From: Alphaproteobacteria bacterium
GTDB lineage: Bacteria; Pseudomonadota; Alphaproteobacteria; Bin95
Assembly: GCA_965205265.1 (NCBI GenBank)
Contig: CBDBGH010000003.1
Location: 1,248,001-1,312,000, forward strand
Reading direction: 5' to 3'
DNA: 64,000 nt
Every line of letters begins with the position of its first letter. Positions within the stretch are counted from its first letter, which is position 1. A program made the translations under genes and the position numbers. Shown here piece by piece: positions 49,042 to 59,749 of the stretch. Under the pieces are notes generated by a model, which saw nothing but the letters and a program-made list of their open reading frames with translations, had not been told where the DNA came from and made no database searches.

Positions 49042-50610
49042 GTGACTGCCCGCGACCGCATACCCGTTCGCCGCGCCCTGATCTCCGTGTCCGACAAGAC
49101 GGGACTGGAGGCGTTCGGGCGCTTTCTTGCAGCGCGCGGCGTCGAAATCCTCTCCACCGGCGGCACGGCCCGGCAGCTGGGCGCGGCCGGGGTTCCGGTC
49201 GTGGAGGTCTCGGAGCGGACGGGCTTCCCGGAAATGCTGGACGGGCGGGTCAAGACGCTGCATCCGGCGTTGCATGGCGGGCTGCTGGGGCTGCGCGACG
49301 ACCCCGCGCATGTCGAGGCCATGGACGCGCACGGCATCCGGCCCATCGACCTGCTGGTCGTCAATCTCTACCCCTTCGCAGAGACGGTGGCCGCCGGCGC
49401 CGACGGAGAGGCCTGCATCGAGAATATCGACATAGGCGGGCCGGCGCTGATCCGCGCGGCCGCCAAGAACCACCGCTTCGTCGCGGTCGCCACGGCCCCG
49501 GAGCATCTGGACGCCATCCGCGCCGAAATGGATACGGACGGGGCGACGCCGCTGTCGCTCCGCCGCCGGCTCGCCGCCGAGGCTTACGGCCATACCGCAG
49601 CCTATGACGCGGCGGTTTCCAACTGGTTCGCCGGGCGGACGGGCGAGTCCTTCCCGCCCCGCATTTCGCTTTCGGGGGTCCGGCGCCAGACATTGCGCTA
49701 TGGCGAGAACCCGCACCAGTCCGCCGCGTTCTACACGGACGGCAGCGGCCGGCCGGGCGTGGCCACGGCCGAGCAGGTGCAGGGCAAGGAGCTCAGCTAC
49801 AACAATCTGAACGACGTGGATGCGGCCTTCGAACTCGCGGGCGAGTTCGAGCGCCCGGCGGTTGTCATCGTCAAGCACGCCAATCCCTGCGGCGTCGCCG
49901 TCTCGGAAAACCCGGTGGATGCCTGGGAGAAGGCGCTCGCCTGCGATCCCGTCAGCGCCTTCGGCGGCATCGTCGCCGTCAACCGTCCATTGGACGAGGC
50001 GCTGGCGGAGCGGCTGGCGGGGCTATTCCTCGAAGCCGTGATCGCGCCGGGCGCGGACGAGGCGGCCCGGACGCGGCTGGCCGGACGGACCAATCTCCGC
50101 CTGCTGCTGACCGGGGCGATGCCGGACCCGCTCGCGCCGGCCATGACCTTCCGTTCGCTCGCCGGCGGGTTCCTGTTGCAGAGCCGCGACAACGGCCGCG
50201 CGGGCGAGTTTCGCACCGTCACGAAGCGCGCGCCGGGCGAGGCCGAGATGGCGGATCTGAAGGTGGCGTTCACCGTCTGCAAGCATGTGAAGTCCAACGC
50301 CATCGTCTATGTGAAGGACGGGGCGACGGTGGGCGTAGGCGCCGGGCAGATGAGCCGGGTGGACAGCGCCCGGATTGCCGCGCGCAAGGCCGTGGATGCG
50401 GCCGAGGGCGGCGAACCGGCGACCGTCGGCTCGGTCGTGGCGTCGGACGCCTTCTTCCCCTTTGCGGACGGGCTGCTGGCGGCCGCGGAGGCGGGCGCCA
50501 CCGCCGTCGTGCAGCCGGGCGGCTCCGTGCGCGACGAGGAGGTGATCCGGGCGGCCGACGAGCGGGGCCTTGCCATGGTATTCACCGGCATGCGCCATTT
50601 CCGCCACTGA
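49042..50610 (+). CDS. purH: bifunctional AICAR transformylase/IMP cyclohydrolase
   Basis: [40 protein letters not shown]. Confidence 0.97.
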   Translation: MTARDRIPVRRALISVSDKTGLEAFGRFLAARGVEILSTGGTARQLGAAGVPVVEVSERTGFPEMLDGRVKTLHPALHGGLLGLRDDPAHVEAMDAHGIRPIDLLVVNLYPFAETVAAGADGEACIENIDIGGPALIRAAAKNHRFVAVATAPEHLDAIRAEMDTDGATPLSLRRRLAAEAYGHTAAYDAAVSNWFAGRTGESFPPRISLSGVRRQTLRYGENPHQSAAFYTDGSGRPGVATAEQVQGKELSYNNLNDVDAAFELAGEFERPAVVIVKHANPCGVAVSENPVDAWEKALACDPVSAFGGIVAVNRPLDEALAERLAGLFLEAVIAPGADEAARTRLAGRTNLRLLLTGAMPDPLAPAMTFRSLAGGFLLQSRDNGRAGEFRTVTKRAPGEAEMADLKVAFTVCKHVKSNAIVYVKDGATVGVGAGQMSRVDSARIAARKAVDAAEGGEPATVGSVVASDAFFPFADGLLAAAEAGATAVVQPGGSVRDEEVIRAADERGLAMVFTGMRHFRH

Positions 50611-50626
50611 CGGGACCCCAGCCCCC

Positions 50627-51556
50627 ATGCAAACCGGAAGGGCCTTGCCCCGCTCGGTCGCCGAGACCGGCGAACTCCTCGAAGCCGGCGACTATGTGTC
50701 GGACACGGCGCTTGCCACGGCCGTGTTCCTGTCGCTGAAACTCGGCAGGCCGCTCTTCCTGGAAGGCGAGGCGGGCACCGGCAAGACGGAGATCGCCAAG
50801 GTGCTGGCGAGCACGCTCGGCCGCCGGCTGATCCGCCTGCAATGCTATGAGGGCCTGGATGTGGCGTCGGCCGTCTATGAGTGGAACTACGCCCGCCAGA
50901 TGATCGAGATCAGGCTGGCGGAGGCCGCGGGCGATGCGGACCGCGGGCGCCTCGGGCGGGACCTGTTCGGGCCGGATTTCCTGATCGAGCGCCCCTTGAT
51001 GCAAGCCCTGCGCGCCGGCGAGGGCGGGGCGCCCGTGCTGCTGATCGACGAGCTCGACCGCACGGACGAGCCCTTCGAGGCCTATCTGCTGGAAGTGCTC
51101 TCGGACTTTCAGGTGACGGTGCCGGAAATCGGCCCGGTCCGCGCGGCGGTTCCGCCCGCCGTCGTCATCACCTCCAACCGCACGCGCGAAATCCACGACG
51201 CGCTCAAGCGGCGCTGCTTCTACCATTGGGTCGGCTATCCCGACGCCCGGCGCGAGCTGGACATCCTCGCCCGCAAGGCGCCGGCGGCCCCCGAGGCGCT
51301 GTCGCGCCAGGTCGTGGGCTATGTGCAGAAGGTGCGCGAACTCGACCTCTTCAAGCTGCCGGGCATCGCCGAGACCATCGACTGGGTGCATGCGCTGATG
51401 CAGCTCGACGCCGTCGCGCTCGACCCGGCGATGGTGAACGACACGCTCGGCGTGCTGCTCAAATACCAGGACGACATTGCGCGCCTGCAGGGCAGCGAGG
51501 CCGAGCGCATACTGACCGAGGTGCGGGCTGAGCTCGCAGCGGCGGGGGCGGCATGA
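50627..51556 (+). CDS. MoxR AAA+ ATPase (CoxD-like)
   Basis: [28 protein letters not shown]. Confidence 0.92.
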   Translation: MQTGRALPRSVAETGELLEAGDYVSDTALATAVFLSLKLGRPLFLEGEAGTGKTEIAKVLASTLGRRLIRLQCYEGLDVASAVYEWNYARQMIEIRLAEAAGDADRGRLGRDLFGPDFLIERPLMQALRAGEGGAPVLLIDELDRTDEPFEAYLLEVLSDFQVTVPEIGPVRAAVPPAVVITSNRTREIHDALKRRCFYHWVGYPDARRELDILARKAPAAPEALSRQVVGYVQKVRELDLFKLPGIAETIDWVHALMQLDAVALDPAMVNDTLGVLLKYQDDIARLQGSEAERILTEVRAELAAAGAA

Positions 51557-52758
51557 ATAGCGGGCGGCTGCCCGAGAACATCATGCATTTCGGCCGGGTG
51601 CTGCGCACCGCCGGCCTGCCGGTCGGCCCGGACCAGGTGCTGAAGGCCATCGAGGCGGTCTCGGCGGTCGATATGGCCGACCGGGCGCAATTCTACTGGG
51701 CCCTCCACGCCGCGCTGGTGAACCGGCGCGGCCAGCAGGAGCTGTTCGACCAGGCGTTCCACATTTTCTGGCGCAATCCCCGCCTGCTGGAGCGGATGAT
51801 GTCGCTGGTGATCCCGACCTCCAGCGTCGATACGGGGCCGGAGGAGTCCGAGCCGTTGGCGCGCCGTCTGGCCGAGGCGCTGACGCCTCAGGAGACCGGG
51901 CTTCAGGAGAGAGAGGGCGATGAGGAGGTCGAAATCCGCGCCGAGCTCACCTGGTCGGACCGGGAAGTGCTGCGCGCGATGGATTTCGAGACGATGTCGC
52001 TGGCCGAGCAGGAGGCCGCGAAGCGCGCCATGGCGAAGATGCGCCTGCCGCTCCGGCCCGTGCCCGCACGGCGCTTCCGGCTGCATCCGAGGGGCCGGCG
52101 GCCGGACCTGCGCGCCACCCTGCGCGGCGCGATGCGCACCGGTGGGGATTTCGTGGCGCTCCGGCGGAGACGCCGCCTGCGCCGCCCGCCGCCGCTGGTG
52201 GTGATCTGCGACATTTCCGGGTCGATGGCGCGCTATTCCCGGATGCTGTTGCACTTCATGCACGCCGTCACCAACGACCGCGACCGGGTGCAGTGCTTCC
52301 TGTTCGGCACGCGGCTGACCAATGTCACCCGCCAGCTTCGCCAGAAGGACGTGGACACCGCGCTTGCGGGCGTGGCGGAGGCGGTCGAGGACTGGTCCGG
52401 CGGCACGCGGATCGGCGCCTCGCTCAGGAGCTTCAACCGGCTCTGGTCGCGCCGCGTGCTGGGGCAGGGCGCCGTGGTGCTGCTCATCAGCGACGGGCTC
52501 GACCGCGACTCCGGCGAGGGGCTGGCGGTGGAGGTCGAGCGCCTGCACAAGTCCTGCCGCCGGCTGGTCTGGCTCAACCCGCTGCTGCGCTACGACGGCT
52601 ACGAACCGCGCACGCGCGGCGCGGCGGCGCTGATGCCGCATGTTGACGAATTCCGGCCGGCGCACAATCTGGATAGTCTTGAGGAGCTGGCCGCGGCGCT
52701 CGGGCGCGAGCCGGCCCGCCGGCAGGAGGGAGTGAGCGAATGGCTGACGCGGCTGTAA
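51553..52758 (+). CDS. VWA domain protein (CoxE-like)
   Basis: CDISGSM, FGTRLT, WSGGTRIG, ISDGLD, WLNPLL. Confidence 0.92.
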   Translation: MNSGRLPENIMHFGRVLRTAGLPVGPDQVLKAIEAVSAVDMADRAQFYWALHAALVNRRGQQELFDQAFHIFWRNPRLLERMMSLVIPTSSVDTGPEESEPLARRLAEALTPQETGLQEREGDEEVEIRAELTWSDREVLRAMDFETMSLAEQEAAKRAMAKMRLPLRPVPARRFRLHPRGRRPDLRATLRGAMRTGGDFVALRRRRRLRRPPPLVVICDISGSMARYSRMLLHFMHAVTNDRDRVQCFLFGTRLTNVTRQLRQKDVDTALAGVAEAVEDWSGGTRIGASLRSFNRLWSRRVLGQGAVVLLISDGLDRDSGEGLAVEVERLHKSCRRLVWLNPLLRYDGYEPRTRGAAALMPHVDEFRPAHNLDSLEELAAALGREPARRQEGVSEWLTRL

Positions 52759-53075
52759 GCGAAGCGGACGCAATTCTGGACCGGGCGGCCGCATGGGCGG
52801 CGGCCGGCAGGGGCGTCGCGCTCGCCACCGTGGTCAAGACCTGGGGTTCGTCGCCGCGTGCGGTCGGCAGCCAGCTCGTGGTGGACGACGCGGGCGCCTT
52901 CGAGGGCTCGGTCTCGGGCGGCTGCATCGAGGGCGCGGTCGTGATCGAGGCCCGCCGCGCCATCGAGGACGGCGAGCCGCGCCTGCTCGATTTCGGCGTG
53001 AGCGACGAGGAGGCCTGGGAAGTCGGGCTCGCCTGCGGCGGTTCCATCGAGGTGTTCGTCGAGAAGCTGGCATGA
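52740..53075 (+). CDS. XdhC/CoxF N-terminal domain protein
   Basis: TWGSSPR, GSVSGGCIE, VGLACGG. Confidence 0.88.
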   Translation: MADAAVSEADAILDRAAAWAAAGRGVALATVVKTWGSSPRAVGSQLVVDDAGAFEGSVSGGCIEGAVVIEARRAIEDGEPRLLDFGVSDEEAWEVGLACGGSIEVFVEKLA

Positions 53076-53749
53076 AGGCAGAGACCCTCGCCCGCCTGCG
53101 CGCCGCCCGCGGCGAACGGCGCCCGGTTGCGCGCGTGGCGGCGCTCGACGGCAGCGTGGACGCCGTCGTGGAGGACGGCGAAGGCCCGCTGCCGGAGGCC
53201 GTGCTGGACGTCGCGCACGCCGCGCTCAGGCAGAACCGCAGCCACGATTTCGAGCATGAGGGCGGGCGCTGGTTCGTGCAGGTGTTCAACCCGCCGCTCC
53301 GGCTGATCGTCGTCGGCGCGGTGCATATCTCGCAGCCGCTGATCCTCATCGCCGGCAATCTCGGCTACGACGTCACGCTGGTCGATCCGAGGGGCGCCTT
53401 TGCGACGGCGGCGCGGTTTCCCGATGTCGAGATCTGCGACGAGTGGCCCGACGATGCGCTGGAAGCGCTCGGCGTGGACGGGCGCACGGCCGTGGTGACC
53501 CTGACCCACGACCCCAAGCTGGACGACCCGGCGCTCCATGTGGCGCTCCGCTCGGAGGCGTTCTATGTCGGCGCGCTCGGCAGCCGGCGCACGCACGCCA
53601 AGCGGGTCGAGCGGCTGGTCGAAGCCGGGTTCGACGAGGCCGCCATCGGCCGCATCCGCGCGCCCATCGGCCTCGATCTGGGCGGGCGGGCCCCGGCCGA
53701 GATTGCGCTCGCCATCGCGGCCGAGATGACGGAGGCGCTCTACCGATGA
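53072..53749 (+). CDS. XdhC family protein (Rossmann part)
   Basis: VGAVHI, THDPKLDD, GALGSRRT, APIGLD. Confidence 0.88.
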   Translation: MKAETLARLRAARGERRPVARVAALDGSVDAVVEDGEGPLPEAVLDVAHAALRQNRSHDFEHEGGRWFVQVFNPPLRLIVVGAVHISQPLILIAGNLGYDVTLVDPRGAFATAARFPDVEICDEWPDDALEALGVDGRTAVVTLTHDPKLDDPALHVALRSEAFYVGALGSRRTHAKRVERLVEAGFDEAAIGRIRAPIGLDLGGRAPAEIALAIAAEMTEALYR

Positions 53750-55341
53750 AGTTCGGGCCGGTCCCGCTCGAGGACGCCGAAGGCGCGCTGCTGGCCCACT
53801 CGATCCGGGTGGAGGGAGCGGTCTTCCGCAAGGGCCGGCTGCTGTCCGCGGCGGACGTGACCGCGCTCGCGGAGGCGGGCGTGAAGGAGGTGACGGCCGC
53901 CAGGTTCGAGCCGGGCGACATGGACGAGGACAGCGCGGCCGCGGCCATCGCGGCGGCGGTGGCCGGCGAGGGGCTGGAGGTCGCCGCGCCCTTTACCGGG
54001 CGCGTCAACCTGTTCGCCTCGGAACGCGGCGTGCTGACGGTCGAGGCCGGGCGGGTGGACCGGCTGAACCTGCTCGACGAGAGCATCACGCTCGCGACCC
54101 TGCCGCCCTGGAGCCTTGTCGAGCGCCGGCAGATGGTGGCGACGGTGAAGGTCATCCCCTTCGCCGCGCCGCAAGACGCGGTCCGGCGGATCGAGGGCCC
54201 TCTGCTGGCGCTGCACCCTCTGAGGCCGAGGCGCGTGGCGCTCATCCAGACCGAGCTGCCGAGCGTCAAGCCGAGCGTGCTCGACAAAACGGTCGGGATC
54301 ACGCGCGCGCGGGTCGAGGCGCTGAACGGCGCACTGATCGGGGAGAGGCGCGCCGCGCATGAGGAGGCCGCGCTGGCCGAGGCGATAGGCGAGAGCCTGG
54401 GCGAGCGCCCGGATATCCTGCTGATTGCCGGCGCTTCGGCTATCGTGGACCGGCGCGACGTGCTGCCTGCAGCCATCGAGGCGGCCGGCGGCGCGGTCGA
54501 GCATTTCGGCATGCCTGTCGATCCCGGCAACCTGATCCTCCTCGGGCGTGTCGGGGCGGTGCCGGTCGTCGGCCTGCCGGGCTGCGCCCGCTCGCCCAAG
54601 GCGAACGGTTTCGACTGGGTGCTCCAGCGCCTCGCCGCCGGCCTCGAGGTCGGGCGGCGGGAGATCATGTCCATGGGCGTCGGCGGGCTGCTGGTCGACA
54701 TTCCGGACCGGCCGCAGCCGAGGCAGCGCCGCCGCGCCCCGGCAGAGCCGGCGCGCCTGCCGCGCATCGCGGCCCTGGTGCTGGCCGCCGGCCAGTCGCG
54801 GCGTATGGGGCCGGCGAACAAGCTACTGGCGGAGGTGGACGGCGCCGCCATGCTCGGGCGCGCGCTGGAAGCCGCGCGCGCCTCGCAGGCGGCCTCGCTG
54901 CTGGTGGTGACGGGGCACGACCGGGAACGGATCGAAGCGGCGGTCGATGCGCCGACCGTCCACAACCCGGATTACGCCGAGGGCCTCTCGACCTCGCTCC
55001 GCGCCGGCATCGCGGCCCTGCCGGAGGACATCGACGGCGCGGTCGTGCTGCTGGGCGACATGCCCTTCGTCTCAGCCGCCCATATCGACCGGCTGATCGC
55101 GGCCTTCAACCCGCTGGAGGGCCGGTCGATCTGCGTGCCGACCTTCAACGGCAAGCGCGGCAACCCCGTGCTCTGGGGCCGGGAGCTGTTCGCGGAGATG
55201 GGCAGCGTTTCCGGCGATGTCGGCGCCAAGCACCTTATCGGCGCGAACGGAGACCTGCTGGTCGAGGTGCCCATGCCGGACGAAGGCGTGCTCCGCGACG
55301 TCGATACCCCCGCCTCCCTCGCCAAGGCCCGGTCGGGTTAG
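53746..55341 (+). CDS. molybdopterin-binding domain / MocA cytidylyltransferase fusion
   Basis: GMPVDPGNL, LPGCARSPK, LAAGQSRRMG, LGDMP, GNPV, DVDT. Confidence 0.88.
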   Translation: MKFGPVPLEDAEGALLAHSIRVEGAVFRKGRLLSAADVTALAEAGVKEVTAARFEPGDMDEDSAAAAIAAAVAGEGLEVAAPFTGRVNLFASERGVLTVEAGRVDRLNLLDESITLATLPPWSLVERRQMVATVKVIPFAAPQDAVRRIEGPLLALHPLRPRRVALIQTELPSVKPSVLDKTVGITRARVEALNGALIGERRAAHEEAALAEAIGESLGERPDILLIAGASAIVDRRDVLPAAIEAAGGAVEHFGMPVDPGNLILLGRVGAVPVVGLPGCARSPKANGFDWVLQRLAAGLEVGRREIMSMGVGGLLVDIPDRPQPRQRRRAPAEPARLPRIAALVLAAGQSRRMGPANKLLAEVDGAAMLGRALEAARASQAASLLVVTGHDRERIEAAVDAPTVHNPDYAEGLSTSLRAGIAALPEDIDGAVVLLGDMPFVSAAHIDRLIAAFNPLEGRSICVPTFNGKRGNPVLWGRELFAEMGSVSGDVGAKHLIGANGDLLVEVPMPDEGVLRDVDTPASLAKARSG

Positions 55342-55356
55342 GCAGCGCGTGCCGGG

Positions 55357-56484
55357 CTACCGCCTGGGGGCATAGACGAAGCCGTCCATGAGGCGGCGCG
55401 CCGTGCGGTAAACCACGGCGCGTTCGGCATGGGGTTCGGCGTCGCTGCCCGAGACCTCGGCGGCGACGAGCGCGATGCCGGAGGGGTGGCCGATGCGGAT
55501 GTCGCCGCCCCCGGCTGCGCCGCTCGCCTCATGCACCAGCGTGCCCGCCATGCGGGCCGCGACGCCGAGGCAGAGCGCGGCCGTCAGCGGCACGGCGCGG
55601 TGGGGGCGGCCGACGGAAATCATCCGCGCTGCGAGATCCATGTCCGCCGGGCGCAAGCGTTCGCCCGAGAGCGCCTCGAAGGCGGTTGGCGGCGCGACCG
55701 TGCCGACCTTGGGGATGCTGCCCGGCACCGGGTCGAGGCCGGCGGCGTCACCGGCGGCGCGGCGCACGGCGTCGAGCGCCGCCAGCGCATCCCCGCCGTC
55801 TTCGAGCGCGGCGGGCGTCTCGACGCCGGTAAGGCCGATATCCGCCGCGCGGACGAAGCAGCAGAGATTGGCGGCATCGACGATGGAGACATCGAGGGCG
55901 CCGAGGCCGGGAATGTCGAGCCGGTCCACCGGCCTCCCCGTCGGCAGGAGCCTGCCGGTGCTGGCGCCGCCCGGCTCTAGGAAGTCGAGCCGCACCGGGG
56001 CGCCGGTGCCCGCCACCCCCGGCAGGGAGAAATCGCCGTTGACGGCCGCGCGCCCGTCCTCGACCGGAAAGCGGGCATGGATCATCCGGGCGGTGTTGGT
56101 GTTGTGGATGCGGACCACGGCCTCGTCGCCGCCGGCGGAGACCAGCCCCTCGTCCACCGCGAACGGCCCCATGGCGGAAGACATGTTGCCGCAATTGCCC
56201 GAGATGTCGGCCTCCGCCCGGTCCACGGCGATCTGGAAGAAGGTGTAGTCGATATCGGCGTCCGGCCGGGTCGGCGGGCCGATGACGCAGACCTTGGAGA
56301 GCGAGGAGATGCCGCCGCCCATGCCGTCGAGCTGGCGGCCGTTCGGGTCCGGGCTGCCCATGGCCGTGCAGAAGAGCGCCGGCCACTCGGCCCGGTCCCC
56401 CGGCAGGTCCCGCGCATGGAAGACGAGGGCGTTGGAGGTGCCGCCGCGCATGAAGGCGGCCGGCAGGCGCGTCTGTGCGGTCAT
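55357..56484 (-). CDS. PrpF family isomerase
   Basis: MRGGTS, QLDGMGGG, GNCGN, HPSG, RTARRLMDG. Confidence 0.9.
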   Translation of the reverse strand: MTAQTRLPAAFMRGGTSNALVFHARDLPGDRAEWPALFCTAMGSPDPNGRQLDGMGGGISSLSKVCVIGPPTRPDADIDYTFFQIAVDRAEADISGNCGNMSSAMGPFAVDEGLVSAGGDEAVVRIHNTNTARMIHARFPVEDGRAAVNGDFSLPGVAGTGAPVRLDFLEPGGASTGRLLPTGRPVDRLDIPGLGALDVSIVDAANLCCFVRAADIGLTGVETPAALEDGGDALAALDAVRRAAGDAAGLDPVPGSIPKVGTVAPPTAFEALSGERLRPADMDLAARMISVGRPHRAVPLTAALCLGVAARMAGTLVHEASGAAGGGDIRIGHPSGIALVAAEVSGSDAEPHAERAVVYRTARRLMDGFVYAPRR

Positions 56485-56580
56485 GGCCGCCATTCTAGCG
56501 CAATCGGGAGCGTCCGGCGTCCGCTTCCTCTTCTTCTTCTCCCGGGGGGCGACGGTCCGGGGCTCCGGTTGGGAGCGCCT

Positions 56581-56751
56581 CTACTTCTCTTCCCGATCCG
56601 CCGATGGCGGCGGCGGGGCACTGTCCAGTTCGGCGAGCAACGCTTCGACCGTCCGCCGCAGTTCGGGAAGGTGGTGAACGGCGGTGTATTCCACAATCGC
56701 CTCGGCCGACTCGTCGATGTCCCACAGCAGGGCCGACGGGTTACGCGACAT
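56581..56751 (-). pseudogene. HepT/DUF86 HEPN toxin remnant with an in-frame internal deletion
   Basis: N-terminus MSRNPSALLWDIDESAEAIVEYT joins directly to C-terminal HLPELRRTVEALL; no RNxxxH core; overlaps the MNT stop. Confidence 0.7.
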
Positions 56752-57052
56752 AGACGGTCTCGCGGTCGCGCTCAATGGCCGCCAGGACGTACGGGTTGCG
56801 GATCGCCCCTATCTGGCTCATCTCGACCTTGCGCCCGAGGGCTTCGGCCAGGTCGCATTCCAGGCGGTAGAAGCGCCGCGCGACGCCCGGCAGGAGCGGG
56901 GGCTGGAACTCGACGAGGAAGTCGGCGTCGCTGGTCTCCGGGTCGAAATCGGTTCCCCTTGCGGCCGAGCCGAACAGGTCGAGCCGGCGCACGCCGTAGC
57001 GCCGGCAGATGCGCGCGATCTCATCCTTCCTGTCTGCGATCTCGGGGTGCAT
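56741..57052 (-). CDS. minimal nucleotidyltransferase (MNT/MntA-like antitoxin)
   Basis: LFGSAARG...SDADFLVEF, LGRKV, NPY. Confidence 0.9.
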   Translation of the reverse strand: MHPEIADRKDEIARICRRYGVRRLDLFGSAARGTDFDPETSDADFLVEFQPPLLPGVARRFYRLECDLAEALGRKVEMSQIGAIRNPYVLAAIERDRETVYVA

Positions 57053-57138
57053 CGTCCCGGCTTTCCTGCCGCCGCCGCGCGGAACGCGGCGAACATTATC
57101 AGTGGCGGCGTTGGCGCCGCACTGGGAGCGCCGGCAGG

Positions 57139-57858
57139 TTAGCACGGATGGCCGGCCCTTTCCTCCCCCGCCTCGATCTTGCGGCATGCCTGCTCGATCC
57201 GATCTTCGAGGCAGGCCATGAAGGCGCGGCGGTCCATGCCGGGCGGGATCGGCTCCAGGAATTCGAGCCGGATGGTGCCGGGGCGCATCCGGAAGCCGCG
57301 CCGGCTCCAGTGGCGGCCCGAGTTGAGCGCGACCGGCACAACGGCGGCGCCCGTCTCCCGGTAGAGGGCGGCGACGCCCGGGTGGTAGGGGCGGCGCTCG
57401 CCCGGCGCAGTGCGCGTGCCTTCCGGGAACACCACGACCTGCGCGCCGTTCTCCAGCGCGGCCCCGGCCCCCTCGACCATGCGGCGCAGCGCGGCGGCGC
57501 CGCCCCGGCGGTCCACCGCGATCTGCCCGGCGCGGCGGAAATACCAGCCGACGCCGGGAATCGAGAGCAGTTCCCGTTTCACGACATAGACCGGGTCCGG
57601 CAACAGCGCCGCCAGCACGAATGTCTCCCAGGCGGACTGGTGCTTGGCGGCGACGATGGTTCCGGGCGGCGGCAGGGCCCCGCGAACCTCGTGCCGGATG
57701 CCGGCGAGCGCCCGCAGCAGGAAGATCGTGACGCGCCCCCAAACGGCGCCCGCCCGGCGCGCCGCCCGGCGCGAGGCGAAGAGCGCCGGCGACAGCAGGA
57801 AGACGAGCAAGGCGGTGGCGGCCACGAAACCGGCCGCGAAGAGCGCCGAGCGGAGCAT
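57139..57858 (-). CDS. plsC: 1-acyl-sn-glycerol-3-phosphate acyltransferase
   Basis: KHQSAWET, KREL, FPEGTR, VPVALNSG. Confidence 0.88.
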   Translation of the reverse strand: MLRSALFAAGFVAATALLVFLLSPALFASRRAARRAGAVWGRVTIFLLRALAGIRHEVRGALPPPGTIVAAKHQSAWETFVLAALLPDPVYVVKRELLSIPGVGWYFRRAGQIAVDRRGGAAALRRMVEGAGAALENGAQVVVFPEGTRTAPGERRPYHPGVAALYRETGAAVVPVALNSGRHWSRRGFRMRPGTIRLEFLEPIPPGMDRRAFMACLEDRIEQACRKIEAGEERAGHPC

Positions 57859-57860
57859 CG

Positions 57861-58466
57861 TCACCCGCCGTCCCTCAAGGCGCCGTACCACCCGGCAAGG
57901 CGGTCCAGGGTCACGGCCAGCAGATATTTGTGGTAGGCGCGCAACAGCACCTCCCGCGTTCCCGGCCACCGCCACCAGCCGTCCAGCTTGAGCGTCTCCG
58001 GGATGACCGGATGGGCCAGCATCTCCACGCCCGGCGCGGCGCGGCGCAGCAGGTGGAGGGCGCGCGGCAGGTGGTAGGCGGCCGTCACGATGCGCAGGCT
58101 CCGGGCGCCTCGCTCCGCTGCCCAGACCGCGACCTCGGCGGCATTGCCGACGGTGTCCTGCGCCGTCCGGCCGAGTTCGATGCAGCAGGCAAGCGCCTCG
58201 TTCCCTTCATGGCCTGCAAGCTCCAGGAGGCGCTCCGCCGTCACGCCCGCGCCGACCCCGGAGACGAAGAGCACCGGCGCGAGGCCCTCGCCCAGAAGAC
58301 GCACGCCTTCCTCGATGCGCTCGGCGCCGCCTGTCAGCACGACAATGGCGTCGGTCCTGCGGTCCGGAGCCTCGGGCCCCGTCGGCAGCACCGCCGCGAA
58401 TCTCACCAGCCCGCCGATCCAGAGCGCGGCGAGCAGCAGCGCGAGAATGACGAGCCGCTTCGTCAA
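57861..58466 (-). CDS. YdcF/DUF218 family protein
   Basis: DAIVVLTGG, DTVGNA, VTAAYHLPRA; start uncertain (TTG at 58466 chosen). Confidence 0.85.
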   Translation of the reverse strand: MTKRLVILALLLAALWIGGLVRFAAVLPTGPEAPDRRTDAIVVLTGGAERIEEGVRLLGEGLAPVLFVSGVGAGVTAERLLELAGHEGNEALACCIELGRTAQDTVGNAAEVAVWAAERGARSLRIVTAAYHLPRALHLLRRAAPGVEMLAHPVIPETLKLDGWWRWPGTREVLLRAYHKYLLAVTLDRLAGWYGALRDGG

Positions 58467-58539
58467 GGCCGGTCCGGCCGCCTTGCTGCGCCGTCCATCG
58501 GCAGGGCAGTCGCTTTCGGATTTGTCATGCGTGAGCACC

Positions 58540-59175
58540 CCCGTCATGCCCGAACGCCCCCTTTGACAGGCTCAGGACAGGCTCCTCCGTCATGTCCGAA
58601 CGCCCCCCTTCGACAGGCTCAGGGCAGGCTCCTCCGTCATACCCGGACTTGTTCCGGGTATCCATGCGGCCGCCCCGGCGGAAGCGGTGGCGGGAGATGC
58701 CCGGAACAAGTCCACTGGTGTCCGGTTCCATCATTGGGCCGGTCCGGTCCGGAGTTTTTGGGCGCGCGTGGTGTCTCCGGTCCGCTTCCCTCCATCGTGT
58801 CCGAACAGCCTCCCTGCGCTGTGCCCGAACGCCCTCCTCCGTCATGCCCGGACTTGTTCCGGGCATCTCCGTCGGGGCCATCGCGGCGGCCGCATGGATG
58901 CCCGGAACAAGTCCGGGCATGACGATATGAGGGCATGACGATGAAGAGGGGCGGCGCGCCGGGCGTCGGTCCGAGTCCCGATCCCGCCGAACCCCTCGAA
59001 ACCCGGTTGAATCCAGGCCATGCGCTCTGTCCCCCAAATCTAAACCGGACAGCAGTGGAACAAGTCCGGGCATGACGATATGGAGGCCGGGTATGACGGG
59101 AAGGGGATATGACCGGAAGAGCGTCGGGGCTTCGATTCGACCGGCCCCCTCGAAACCCGGTTGAACCCCGGTCAT
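58540..59175. repeat. cluster of family-A REP palindromes with an inserted MITE (58713-59057)
   Basis: CGTCATRCCCGGACTTGTTCCGGG units; TIRs CACTGGTGTCCGGTT / AACCGGACAGCAGTG; direct repeat GAACAAGTC at 58704-58712 and 59058-59066. Confidence 0.8.
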
Positions 59176-59322
59176 GCGCCCTGCTCGCAAATCTTCAAAA
59201 GCGATTGCCCTGAGGACCGGGCGGGCGGTATTCGCCAGTCGGCACGATTCGGTTACCTTGATTCGAGTCGCCGGGCAGCCTATACAAATTGCCCCTCTCG
59301 CAGGGGATTCAGAGGCACCTGC

Positions 59323-59742
59323 ATGATCCTCGCTTGCCCAAACTGTATCGCACGATATCGAGTCGAGGTCGAGGCGCTGGGTGCGATGGGACGGCGGGTC
59401 AGGTGCCGGAAATGCAGCCATGTCTGGCACGCGGAGCCGCCGGGATACGTCGTCGAGGTCCTCCACGCGGTGCCCGAACCCGCCTTTCTGGCCGCCGATG
59501 CGGCAGCGAGGGACGGGCCCGCGAGACCCCAGCTTCCGGTGCCGGCGGGACAGGCGCTCCGACCCCGCTCGCCATCCCGCTGGACCTGGATCCTGAGCCT
59601 GCTGGTGCTGGCCGCCTGCGTCGTCGCATACGAGGCGAGGCAGCCCATCGTCGAGGAATGGCCCCGGCTCGCGCCCGTCTATGGCGCGCTCGGCATCGAG
59701 CTGGAAGAAGGGCAGGAAGCGAAGCCCGCCCGCCCGCAATAG
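59323..59742 (+). CDS. MJ0042-type zinc-ribbon membrane protein (short form)
   Basis: MILACPNC...GRRVRCRKCSHVW, a transmembrane segment, WP...VY...G. Confidence 0.85.
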   Translation: MILACPNCIARYRVEVEALGAMGRRVRCRKCSHVWHAEPPGYVVEVLHAVPEPAFLAADAAARDGPARPQLPVPAGQALRPRSPSRWTWILSLLVLAACVVAYEARQPIVEEWPRLAPVYGALGIELEEGQEAKPARPQ

Positions 59743-59749
59743 GCGCGCA

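Noticed and set aside
58540-59175. CRISPR array, or real ORFs within the repeat clusters (also 44544-44981, 7968-8828, 4906-5421)
   Set aside because: The repeats are inverted palindromic pairs with irregular spacing; the ORFs are translations of REP/MITE sequence (e.g. MPGLVPGI, SCPDLFR).
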